The translations under genes and the position numbers were made by a program. Positions 8,939-17,878 of a DNA stretch of 40,810 bases are shown piece after piece. Position 1 is the stretch's first letter. The number at the start of each line of letters is the position of its first letter. The notes below the pieces were generated by a model that ran no database searches, was not told the DNA's origin, and worked only from the letters and a program-made list of their open reading frames with translations. The DNA comes from Devosia sp. (GTDB taxonomy: Bacteria; Pseudomonadota; Alphaproteobacteria; Rhizobiales; Devosiaceae). The stretch is taken from positions 1 to 40,810 of the forward strand of contig NZ_JAUCDN010000001.1 in assembly GCF_034675085.1 (NCBI RefSeq). The letters are read 5' to 3'.

Positions 8939-9825
8939 CAGTAAACGACCTCTTTATTCAGCAGCTTGAACTGCAAATAGGTGATCAGCATGATGGCGAT
9001 CAGCATCAGGAACGACAGCGCCGAGGCGTAGCCGATATTGAGCTCCCTGAAGGCCGTTTCATAAACATGCAGCGAATAGAGCCGGGTCGCGTCCGCCGGG
9101 CCGCCGCCGGTGAGCAGGATCGGCGCCGTGATGTCCTGCAGATGCGAAATGGTGCTGATGACGGCGATGAACAGCGTCGTGGGCACCAGCAGCGGCACGG
9201 TGATCTTGGTGAACATCTGCCAGCGCGTCGCGCCATCGAGAGCCGCCGCCTCGTAAAGATGCTGCGGAATGCCCTGGATGCCGGCGATATAGATCAGCAT
9301 GGCATAGCCGATATCCTTCCACACCACGATGCCGATCATGGTGGGCAAGGCGGCGGATGGGGTGCTGAGCCAGTTCTGCGTCGGCAGGTTGAGGGTCATC
9401 AGCACGTTGTTCAATATCCCGGTATAGGGATCGAGAATGCTCTTCCACATCAGCGCCACGATGACGAAGGAGATGATGTAGGGGAAAAAAATGATGGCGC
9501 GGATGGCGTCGCGCGCCTTGATCGGGCCCGACAGGATGGCCGCCAGCCCAAGGGCCGGAATCAGGGTCAGCACCGTGGCGGAGACCGCAAAGATCACCGT
9601 GCGGATGAAGGCGGCACGCACGCGCGGATCGGTCAGCGCCTCGATATAGTTGCCAAGACCGGCAAACTGCGCCTCACCGATCAGGGGCCGCCCCCGGAAA
9701 AGACTGGCCCACAACTCGACGGCGATCGGATAGAAAAAATACAGCAGGAAATAGGCAATGGCCGGGAGCAGCAGGAGATAGGCTAGAAGGCCCTGCCGAA
9801 ATCTCCAGTTCTTGAGCAATTTCAT
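8938..9825 (-). CDS. Carbohydrate ABC transporter permease (MalF-like)
   Basis: LYEAAALDGA..WQMF.KITVP, GYASALS. TGATG overlap with the next gene. Confidence 0.93.
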   Translation of the reverse strand: MKLLKNWRFRQGLLAYLLLLPAIAYFLLYFFYPIAVELWASLFRGRPLIGEAQFAGLGNYIEALTDPRVRAAFIRTVIFAVSATVLTLIPALGLAAILSGPIKARDAIRAIIFFPYIISFVIVALMWKSILDPYTGILNNVLMTLNLPTQNWLSTPSAALPTMIGIVVWKDIGYAMLIYIAGIQGIPQHLYEAAALDGATRWQMFTKITVPLLVPTTLFIAVISTISHLQDITAPILLTGGGPADATRLYSLHVYETAFRELNIGYASALSFLMLIAIMLITYLQFKLLNKEVVY

Positions 9826-9847
9826 TCGAGGAGATCCCGTTGAGTGG

Positions 9848-9881
9848 GGAAGATGCGCAACCGCACGGCCGCGCATCTTCC
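9848..9881. other. Intra-operon stem-loop after the SBP gene (possible mRNA stabiliser or attenuator)
   Basis: ggaagatgcgc (9848-9858) pairs with gcgcatcttcc (9871-9881), 11-bp perfect stem. Confidence 0.55.
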
Positions 9882-9888
9882 TGGCGCA

Positions 9889-11130
9889 TCAGTTCGCCAG
9901 ATAGGCGTTGGCTTCGGCCGCGGACTGGGTCAACACGTCCCTGGCCGGCTTGTTGTTATAGAGGATGTCCTCCATCGCCGACTTGAACATCTCCTCGACC
10001 CGTGCGGTCTTGCCGGTGGGATCGAGCAGGGCCGTCACCTCGCGCGAATAGGGCAGGCACTGGCCGAATTTGTTCAAAACGGGATCGGCCTGGGTCGCCT
10101 CCTGCTCACCCCAGGATTTGCGCGGCATGGTCATGCCGTTCTCCACCGAGGCGACCAGCTCGGTTTCGAGCGAGGTAAAGCGCTTGATCAGCTCCCAGGC
10201 CTGATCGGGGTGTTTTGCCGAGGCCGGGATCATCAGACCGACCCCACCCGCGACGGTCATCTGCCGCTCATTGGTCAGGCCAGGCGCCACATCCCAGTTC
10301 AGATTGGGATTGCCGGTCTTGATCGGCCCCACGTCCCAGGGACCGGTCAGGATCATTGCCGCCCGCCCGGCGGTAAACAGCTTCTGCGGCCCTTCATAAT
10401 CGACGCCGGCCACGGGCAGGGGCGCCACCTGGTCCTTGTGGATCATGTCGGCGAGGAACTGGACGGCCTCGATGGCCGCATCGCTGTCATAGGTCACCTT
10501 GTTGGTGGCCGGATCGTAATAATCCCCGCCATTCTGGAAGATCCAGGGCCAGTGATACATGGGCACCTGGTTCGGCACGAAGCCGAACTTGCCATTCTTG
10601 GTCGTGGCCCGGGCCACATTCATGAACTCGTCCCAGGTCGTGGGCGGCGCATCGAACCCGGCGTCTTTGAGCATATCCACATTATACACCAGCGCCACGC
10701 AGGTGAGGTGCATCTGGATGCCGTAATACTTGCCATCATACATATTGCGTTCGACGGAAAAGTCGTACCAATCGTCCGGATAGCCGATGGTCTTGCCATC
10801 GGCGGCAATATAGTCGTCCAGCGGCATCAGCAGGCCCTGGCCGCCGAATTCGCTGATCCACGGCCCCTGCCCCGACACCAGGTCGGGCGCGTTCTTGACG
10901 GAAAAATCCGCGACAAGCTTGGTCCGCATCTCGGGCCACTGATACCGCTCCCACTGCACGGTCCAGCCTGGATTGTCAGCCTCGAAGCCCTTGATGACCT
11001 CGGCGTAAGCCTCATAGGCGTGACCGGCATTCCAGTAGATCGTCAGTGTTTCAGCCTGAGCCGCCGTCGTTAGCAGCAGCGCCGAGACGCCAAGCGCCAT
11101 ATGACGCGACAACCGAGCTACAATTCCCAT
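9889..11130 (-). CDS. Sugar ABC transporter substrate-binding protein (family 1)
   Basis: Signal peptide ending AAQA, LVYNVDML..AG...PPTTWDE, FTAGRAAMIL.GPW. GGGAGG RBS. Confidence 0.93.
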   Translation of the reverse strand: MGIVARLSRHMALGVSALLLTTAAQAETLTIYWNAGHAYEAYAEVIKGFEADNPGWTVQWERYQWPEMRTKLVADFSVKNAPDLVSGQGPWISEFGGQGLLMPLDDYIAADGKTIGYPDDWYDFSVERNMYDGKYYGIQMHLTCVALVYNVDMLKDAGFDAPPTTWDEFMNVARATTKNGKFGFVPNQVPMYHWPWIFQNGGDYYDPATNKVTYDSDAAIEAVQFLADMIHKDQVAPLPVAGVDYEGPQKLFTAGRAAMILTGPWDVGPIKTGNPNLNWDVAPGLTNERQMTVAGGVGLMIPASAKHPDQAWELIKRFTSLETELVASVENGMTMPRKSWGEQEATQADPVLNKFGQCLPYSREVTALLDPTGKTARVEEMFKSAMEDILYNNKPARDVLTQSAAEANAYLAN

Positions 11131-11169
11131 TCGCCCCTCCCTTGGGTCACAGGTAAAACTGAATTCAGA

Positions 11170-11181
11170 TTAATCGATTAA
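11170..11181. promoter_or_regulatory. Predicted LacI-family operator O2
   Basis: Perfect palindrome TTAATCGATTAA with central CG, upstream of the SBP gene. Confidence 0.65.
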
Positions 11182-11241
11182 CTTACTACGACAACAAAAT
11201 ACCACGCAGGCACGACATTTTGGCAGATACGAAAACGGATG

Positions 11242-11278
11242 AAGTTAATCCATTAACTTGAAAAAGACGCATTGTCAA
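11242..11278 (-). promoter_or_regulatory. Predicted sigma70 promoter overlapped by LacI-family operator O1
   Basis: Minus-strand TTGACA (11278-11273), 17 bp spacer, TAATGG. Near-palindrome AAGTTAATCCATTAACTT at 11242-11259 covers the -10. Confidence 0.6.
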
Positions 11279-11390
11279 CGGCTTGGCGCGATTGTTGCGA
11301 TTTTTTCGGCGGTTCAAACCTTGTTCACGCCGAAAGCGCGGGGAAACGGGCGCGTCCGCAACAGCGCCCATTGCCGATATGCAATGGCTC

Positions 11391-12815
11391 TCAATGGCCC
11401 CAGCCAGCGACGCCCTTGATCTCCAGAAAGTCATCCAGGCCATATTCGGCATATTCGCGGCCATTGCCGGATTGCTTGTAGCCGCCGAAGGGCAGGCCGG
11501 TATCCCAGGCTGGATAGTTCATGAACACATTGCCGCTGCGCATCTTTTTGGCGAAGCGCCGGCCCTGCTCGATATCGCTGGTCTGCAAGTAGCTGGCCAG
11601 GCCATAGGGCGTGTCATTGGCCATGTGCACGGCCTCATCGGTGGTGCCATAGGGCAGGATGGCCAGAACCGGCCCGAAAATCTCCTCTCGGGCGATGCGC
11701 ATATCGGGCGTGACGCCGGCAAAAATGGTCGGCTTGACGAAATAGCCGCCCGCAAGCCCCTCGGGCCGCCCCGGCCCGCCCGTCACCAGGATGGCGCCTT
11801 CCTCGATCCCGCTCTGGATCAGGGCCTGGATTTTATCGAACTGCAACGCGCTGACCACCGGCCCGAGCACCACGCCCGGCTGGTCGGCCGCGCCAACCAC
11901 GAAGGCGGTTGCGGCGCGCCGGGCGATGGCGATGACCTCGTCATGCCGATCCCGGGGCACCAGCATCCGGGTCGGGGCATTGCACGATTGCCCCGAATTG
12001 CCAAAGCAACCCTTCACGCCCTTGGTGACGGCGGTCTCCAGATCGCAGTCCGGCAACAGGATATTGGCCGATTTGCCGCCCAGTTCCTGGGCGACGCGCT
12101 TGACGGTGTCGGCTGCCGCCTTGGCGACGGCGATACCGGCGCGGGTCGAGCCGGTGAAGGACATCATGTCGATATCGGGATGGCTGGACATGGCCGCCCC
12201 CACGGTCGGGCCATCGCCATTGATCAGGTTGAACACACCCTTGGGCGTTCCGGCCTCGTCCATGATTTCGGCGAAGATCAGGGCGCTGAGCGGGGCCAGC
12301 TCGCTCGGCTTGAGGATCATGGTGCAGCCCGCCGCAATGGCCGGCCCCACCTTGCAGGTGATCTGGTTGAGCGGCCAGTTCCAGGGCGTGATCAATCCGG
12401 CCACCCCGATCGGCTCCTTGAGCACCATGGATGTGCCCTTCCGATGCTCGAAGCGATAGTCGCGCAGCACCTCGATCAGCTTTTCCAGATGGCCGTCGCC
12501 GGAGCCGACCTGGCTGTCGCGGGCGAAAGGCAGCGGCGCGCCCATTTCCTGGGAAATGGCCCGCGCCAGATCGTCGGCGCGCTGGCGGTAGACGCGTAGG
12601 ATGCGTTCCAGCAATTCCAGCCGTGCGCCGCGCTCGGAAAAACCGAACTCGGCAAAGGCCCGCCGTGCGGCGGCGACAGCGCGATCGACATCGGCCGCCG
12701 AACCCATGGCGATGGTGGTGAAAGCCTGTCCGGTGGAGGGATTGATTACCTCTCGCGTCGCCGGCGCCACCGGATCGACCCACTGACCCTCGATATAAAA
12801 CTGATGTGTGTTCAA
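11391..12815 (-). CDS. Aldehyde dehydrogenase family protein
   Basis: ITPWNWP, FTGST, ELGGKS, GQSCNAP (catalytic Cys), EEIFGPV, PFGGYKQSG. TTG start. Confidence 0.95.
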   Translation of the reverse strand: MNTHQFYIEGQWVDPVAPATREVINPSTGQAFTTIAMGSAADVDRAVAAARRAFAEFGFSERGARLELLERILRVYRQRADDLARAISQEMGAPLPFARDSQVGSGDGHLEKLIEVLRDYRFEHRKGTSMVLKEPIGVAGLITPWNWPLNQITCKVGPAIAAGCTMILKPSELAPLSALIFAEIMDEAGTPKGVFNLINGDGPTVGAAMSSHPDIDMMSFTGSTRAGIAVAKAAADTVKRVAQELGGKSANILLPDCDLETAVTKGVKGCFGNSGQSCNAPTRMLVPRDRHDEVIAIARRAATAFVVGAADQPGVVLGPVVSALQFDKIQALIQSGIEEGAILVTGGPGRPEGLAGGYFVKPTIFAGVTPDMRIAREEIFGPVLAILPYGTTDEAVHMANDTPYGLASYLQTSDIEQGRRFAKKMRSGNVFMNYPAWDTGLPFGGYKQSGNGREYAEYGLDDFLEIKGVAGWGH

Positions 12816-12839
12816 GGTTGTCGCCTTTTTATCTGAAGC

Positions 12840-14795
12840 TCACGCAGGGGCGCGGAAACGGCCGACGCCGCAAGGCGGCAGGACGGGCCCGCCGAGGATG
12901 GCCGTTCGCCCGGCGGCAAGGTCCGATACGTCGACCGGCTCGGGGCCATGGTTGAAAACATAACGGTCTGGGCCATTGTCGCGCAGCCGGATGTCGCGAT
13001 GCAGCCTGGTCGCGCCGATGCCGGCCTCTGCCAGCAGATGAGCCACGACGCGATCGGCATAGGCGGCGTTGGGTTGGCCCGAGAGATAGTGGATGCCATC
13101 GCGGACACAGAAGGCGATCTGCCCATCGGCGGTGTGGTCGAGCACGGCCACGCCGTCGGCGGCAGTCACCTGCTCGCACCAGATCTGCAACGCACACCCC
13201 TCATGCCCGGCAATGCCGATGCCGGCATTGGGCGGCAAGGTCTCGACGCGCGTCACCCGGATCGGCAGGCGGGCCTGCGCCGCCGCACCGGGCGGCAGTG
13301 TATCGGGAATTGAGAAATCGGGCGTGCGCGATCCGGTGCGCGGACCCAATAGCACCACCTGCCCCCGCTGCCCAAGCCCCGCCATCAGGGAGGCATCCAG
13401 GCTCATCAGCCCCGGCGCCAGCACGAGCGCATAGCCGGCGACGCCTGCGGCGGTCGGCGGCACGACGTCGACGCTCACCCCATGGCGGCGCAGGGCGCGA
13501 TAAAACGCCAGCACCAGCTTGCGATAATTGAACTCGCGGCCTTGCGGCTGAATCTGCCAGGCCCAGTCGCTCTGATAGTCGAAGACGATGGCCACCCTGG
13601 CGCGCGACGCTCCGACCTGAGTGGAGTTGCCGATTTCCTGCGCGACCTGCGCGGCCACGCCCAGCGCTTCATTGGCCGCGCCATCGGGCAGCAACAGCGC
13701 TTCATGCATCTGTTCCTGCGCGAAGGGAGCCTGCCGCCAGCGGAAATAGCTGACCACTTCGGCGCCTGCGGCAAAGGCTTCCCAGGTCCAGAGCCGCACC
13801 GCGCCCGGCGCGGGGGCCGGATTGTGCGGCGCCCAGTTCACCGGCCCCGGCTGCTGCTCCATCACCCACCAGCGTCCGCGCCCGCAGCCGCGATAGAGGT
13901 CGTGGAAGAAGGCCTGAAAATCGGGATCGCCGACGCGCAGATAGCGCAGCTTGTGCTCCTCGTCGCAGTCATCCAGATCGAGAAAGCCGAGCGGATAGCT
14001 GTCCCAGCTCGCCACATCCAGATCCTGCGACAGGCGCCAGTGATCGAACAAGGTCGGCTTGCCCATGAAATTATGCAGAACGTCGCGGCCCGGCGACAGG
14101 GCGCGCAGCACCTCGGCCTGCACCGCATTGAAGGCCACCACCTGGTCCGAGCTATAGCGTTGGAAATCCAGCCGATGGATGGGCATCGCCTCGGCCACGG
14201 TCAGATTGGGCAGTTCGACCGCATCGAACGAGGCATATTCCATCGACCAGAATACCGTGCCCCAGGCGGCGTTGAGCGCGTCGATGCTGCCATATTTGTC
14301 GGCCAGCCAGCGCCTGAACCCGGCCAGTGCCGCCGGCGAATAGCTGAGGCCGGTATTGTGGTTGGCATATTCATTGTCGATCTGCCAGGCGACCACGGCC
14401 CGATGCTGGCCGAAGCGCTCGGCCAGCGCGGCGACGATGCGACGGCATTCCGCGCGATAGCCGAGATGGCTGAAACAATAGTGCCGGCGCGAGCCAAAGC
14501 CGCGCACCCGCCCCTCGGCATCGACCGGCAGCAGGTCGGGCATCCGGTCGACCAGCCATTTCGGCGGCGTGGTCGTCGGCGTACCGATGATGACCTGCAG
14601 GCCCTCGGACGCCAGCACATCGATGGCCCGTTCCAGCCAATCGAAGGCATAGCGCCCGGCTTCCGGCTCCAGCCGCGACCAGGCGAATTCTCCCACGCGC
14701 ACCAGCCTGATACCGGCTTCGCGCATCATGCGGGCGTCGACGGCCCAGCGCGCTTCGGGCCAATGCTCGGGATAGTAGCAAACACCAAGTTTCAA
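12840..14795 (-). CDS. Beta-galactosidase, glycoside hydrolase family 42
   Basis: GVCYYPEHW, GEFAWS.LEP, WQIDNEY (acid/base Glu), LNAAWGT.FWS, VMEQQPG (nucleophile Glu), YFRWRQ..FAQEQMH. TTG start at 14795 with GGAG RBS. Confidence 0.95.
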   Translation of the reverse strand: MKLGVCYYPEHWPEARWAVDARMMREAGIRLVRVGEFAWSRLEPEAGRYAFDWLERAIDVLASEGLQVIIGTPTTTPPKWLVDRMPDLLPVDAEGRVRGFGSRRHYCFSHLGYRAECRRIVAALAERFGQHRAVVAWQIDNEYANHNTGLSYSPAALAGFRRWLADKYGSIDALNAAWGTVFWSMEYASFDAVELPNLTVAEAMPIHRLDFQRYSSDQVVAFNAVQAEVLRALSPGRDVLHNFMGKPTLFDHWRLSQDLDVASWDSYPLGFLDLDDCDEEHKLRYLRVGDPDFQAFFHDLYRGCGRGRWWVMEQQPGPVNWAPHNPAPAPGAVRLWTWEAFAAGAEVVSYFRWRQAPFAQEQMHEALLLPDGAANEALGVAAQVAQEIGNSTQVGASRARVAIVFDYQSDWAWQIQPQGREFNYRKLVLAFYRALRRHGVSVDVVPPTAAGVAGYALVLAPGLMSLDASLMAGLGQRGQVVLLGPRTGSRTPDFSIPDTLPPGAAAQARLPIRVTRVETLPPNAGIGIAGHEGCALQIWCEQVTAADGVAVLDHTADGQIAFCVRDGIHYLSGQPNAAYADRVVAHLLAEAGIGATRLHRDIRLRDNGPDRYVFNHGPEPVDVSDLAAGRTAILGGPVLPPCGVGRFRAPA

Positions 14796-14997
14796 GATGG
14801 ACGCTCCGGACGACGCAGGGCAGGCCATGGGCGGAAGGCAGGCTGCCGATGCATTGACGCTAGTCACAAAAGCGGGGATCATCTTCCCGATAATCTAATT
14901 TCATTTCCTGGAATGTAAGATCAGCGCCCCCGCCCGAACCCTCTACCGAGAGGACTGCTTCTACGCCGATGGCGCCACCGGCCTGCCGCTGACGCCG

Positions 14998-15837
14998 GTG
15001 ATCGACAATCATGGCTTCTGCGCGGCGCCGACGCTGGTGGTGCGCCCCATGCCGGGACCGCACATGCATAGCCAGATCGAGCTCAACCTGTTGTTGCAGG
15101 GCTCGATGGAATTGTGGTTCGACAATCGGCGCTTCACCATTGGCGCGGGAGAACTGGTCTTGTTCTGGGGCATGCTGCCGCACCAGGTCACCGCCTGTTC
15201 GCACGATGCGCAATTCGTCGTCATCCATGCACCGATGGCGCTGATGCTCAATTTGTCGCGCGGTTGCAGTCTGCGCGAAGCCTTGTTTGCGGGCGCCTTG
15301 GTCAAGGCCGACAAGCTCCTCAGCTACGAACAGGCGCAATTGTTGCAATGGCGCGCCGATATCCTGCACCCCGGTGGCGCGCGGGAGAATATCCTCGAAG
15401 AGGAAGTATCTGCCCGGATCCGCCGTATCGTCAGCGATGGCTGGTCGCGCCTCAGCGGCGCCGAAGCGCGCAGCGCAACCCGGAAGCCGGCCGGGCATGA
15501 ACGGCTGCGGGCGGTCGAAAGCATGACGCGCTTCATTTTCGAGAATGGCCACACCGAAATCACTGCCGAACAGGTGGCCAGATCGGTCGGCTATCATCCA
15601 AACTATGCCATGGCCGTGTTCAAGCGCAGCGTCGGCATCAGCATCAAAAAGGCCATTCTCCGGCATCGGCTCGATACCGCTCAAGCCCTGCTGCTATCGA
15701 CCGACCGCGCCATTTCCGATGTGGCGTTCCACTCCGGTTTCGGCTCGCTCTCCAGCTTCTACGCCGCCTTCACCAAGCGCTTCAACGCCAGCCCGGTCGC
15801 GTTCCGCTCCCAGGTCCGCAAGACCGTGCCGACCTGA
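14998..15837 (+). CDS. AraC family transcriptional regulator (MelR-like), start uncertain
   Basis: Cupin motif HMHSQIELN, LFWGMLPHQ, C-terminal HTH (YHPNYAM..FK; VAFHSGFGSLSSFY). Frame is open upstream to 14899. Confidence 0.9.
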   Translation: MIDNHGFCAAPTLVVRPMPGPHMHSQIELNLLLQGSMELWFDNRRFTIGAGELVLFWGMLPHQVTACSHDAQFVVIHAPMALMLNLSRGCSLREALFAGALVKADKLLSYEQAQLLQWRADILHPGGARENILEEEVSARIRRIVSDGWSRLSGAEARSATRKPAGHERLRAVESMTRFIFENGHTEITAEQVARSVGYHPNYAMAVFKRSVGISIKKAILRHRLDTAQALLLSTDRAISDVAFHSGFGSLSSFYAAFTKRFNASPVAFRSQVRKTVPT

Positions 15838-15894
15838 GAGCAAACCAGGCGCGCCCCATCTCGCCGCGGAGATCGACCATGGGCCGCCCGAGGC

Positions 15895-16683
15895 TTATCC
15901 GGCCCCGATATCGGCCAGCTCCCTGGCGAGGTCGCGGATTTCGACGCCTCCGGCCATCAGATGCCGAATATCGGCATCGGCCATATCCGCCTTGGTCCCG
16001 CCGCCGATCACTTCGCCCAGGGCCAGAAAGGTGAAGCGGTCAGCCACGAGCTTGGAATGCACTTCATTGTGGGTGATGAAGATGATGGCGATGTCGCCCC
16101 GCGTCCTGACCCGCATCATGGTCTTGAGCACTTCCATCTGCTGCTTCTGGCCCAGTGCCGAGGTGGGTTCGTCCAGGATGAGCACCCTGGCGCCGAAATA
16201 GATCGCACGGGCGATGGCCAGCGTCTGGCGCTGTCCCCCCGACATGGTGCCCACCACCTGCTGAGGATCGGAGATATTGATGCCGATCTTGACCATTTCA
16301 TCATGGGTTATCCGGTCCATTTCGTTCATCCTGAGCAGGCCGAACGGCCCTGGGCCGATCCGCAGTTCCCGCCCCATGAAGAAGTTGCGCGTGACGCTCA
16401 TGAGCGGATTGAGGGCGAGGTCCTGATAGACGGTGCCGATGCCGGCGCGGCTGGCGTCGCGCGGAGAACGGAAGGCCACCGGCGCTTGATTGACATAGAT
16501 CCGGCCTTCGGTCGGCTGGTGAACGCCGGCCAGGATCTTGATCAGGGTGGACTTGCCCGCGCCATTGTCTCCAAGCAAGGCATGAACCTCGCCGGGATAG
16601 ATGTCGAGGTCGATGCCATTGAGCGCGGTGAACGGGCCGAAACGCTTGACGACGCCTTCGAGGCGAATGACCGGAATTGCCAT
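15895..16683 (-). CDS. Sugar ABC transporter ATP-binding protein (single-domain CUT2 type)
   Basis: GDNGAGKST, VYQDLAL, MSGGQRQ, LDEPTSAL. Confidence 0.93.
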   Translation of the reverse strand: MAIPVIRLEGVVKRFGPFTALNGIDLDIYPGEVHALLGDNGAGKSTLIKILAGVHQPTEGRIYVNQAPVAFRSPRDASRAGIGTVYQDLALNPLMSVTRNFFMGRELRIGPGPFGLLRMNEMDRITHDEMVKIGINISDPQQVVGTMSGGQRQTLAIARAIYFGARVLILDEPTSALGQKQQMEVLKTMMRVRTRGDIAIIFITHNEVHSKLVADRFTFLALGEVIGGGTKADMADADIRHLMAGGVEIRDLARELADIGAG

Positions 16684-16684
16684 C

Positions 16685-17815
16685 TCACAAGCCTCCGGTG
16701 ATGCGCTTGCGGATGCCCTCGTTGAGGAACACCGCGCTGAGCAGCACCACGCCGACAAAGACGCGGTAATAGCTGCCGTCGATCGCGGGAATGAAGAAGA
16801 CCGCATTGGCGACCAGGCCGAAGGTTATGGCGCCGAACAACACGCCGACCACGGAACCGAAGCCGCCGGTCATCAGCGTGCCGCCGACCACGGCTATGGC
16901 TATGGCTTCCAGCTCCTTGAGATTGCCCTTGGCGGCATCGGAGGTATTGGTCTCGAACACCTGGCAGGCGGCGAAGATCGTGGCGCAAAAGGCCGTGAAC
17001 ATGAACAGGCCGATACGCACCTTGTCCACCGGCACGCCGTTGGCGCGGGCGCTCTCCGGGTTGTCGCCGGTGGCATAGATCCAGTTGCCGGCCTGCGTGC
17101 GCGACAGCACGATATAGGCGACCAGCGCAATAACCAGCCACCACACCAGCCGCGCGTCGAAGCCGGTGACCCACTGGACGCCGGCGCGATTGAGATTGCC
17201 CCCGAGAGCGAACCAGATGTCGTAGAACCAGCCCAGGCTCTCGCCCCCGAACATCCGGGCAAACCAGTCGCTCTGCTTGTAGTCGGGCAGGCCAGAGATC
17301 TGGGTGGATTGATTGATGAGGCGGAAGCTGACTTCGGTGGCGCCGCGCAGGAAAAAGAGAAAGGCCAAGGTCACGATGAAGCTGGAAAGGCCCGACCGCA
17401 CGACGATGAAGCCGATCAGCCAGCCGATGGACAAGGTCATGACCAGGGTGAGCGCAAAAGCGCTCAGGGGCGTTGCCGGCCCCAGGCCGAAGGGCAGGCC
17501 CCATTTGAGCATCATGGCCATGGCCATGCCGGCAAAGCCGATCATCGATCCGATCGACAGATCGAATTCGCCGGCGATCATGAGCAGGCAGGCGCCGGTG
17601 GCGATAATGCCGAATTGCGAGATGATCGAAAGATTGTTCTTAAGACCCAGCGGGTTGAGGGCCGTGCCGCCCGAGACGACGGCAATCGCGACAATGACCA
17701 CGGCCATGACCACGAAGGCGCCGACCTCGGGTCGCCTCATCAATGTGCGGATCGTGCCGCCTTTGTTCAGCCTGTCCACCTCGGACCGGCCGGTGCGAGA
17801 CACTGTCCCGGACAT
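16685..17815 (-). CDS. Sugar ABC transporter permease (RbsC-like)
   Basis: GEFDLSIGS, SFIVTL, ELEAIA.AVVGGT.MTGG.GS. Confidence 0.93.
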   Translation of the reverse strand: MSGTVSRTGRSEVDRLNKGGTIRTLMRRPEVGAFVVMAVVIVAIAVVSGGTALNPLGLKNNLSIISQFGIIATGACLLMIAGEFDLSIGSMIGFAGMAMAMMLKWGLPFGLGPATPLSAFALTLVMTLSIGWLIGFIVVRSGLSSFIVTLAFLFFLRGATEVSFRLINQSTQISGLPDYKQSDWFARMFGGESLGWFYDIWFALGGNLNRAGVQWVTGFDARLVWWLVIALVAYIVLSRTQAGNWIYATGDNPESARANGVPVDKVRIGLFMFTAFCATIFAACQVFETNTSDAAKGNLKELEAIAIAVVGGTLMTGGFGSVVGVLFGAITFGLVANAVFFIPAIDGSYYRVFVGVVLLSAVFLNEGIRKRITGGL

Positions 17816-17878
17816 GACTTCTCCTCCTAATAGGCGGACAGCCGCACATCGCGGCCGTCCCGTTATTGTGTTGTCTGC

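Noticed and set aside
11307-11335. cggcggttcaaaccttgttcacgccg as a tRNA fragment or internal att site
   Set aside because: Only GGTTCAAA matches, it is on the opposite strand to the att repeats, and no T-stem or acceptor stem forms.
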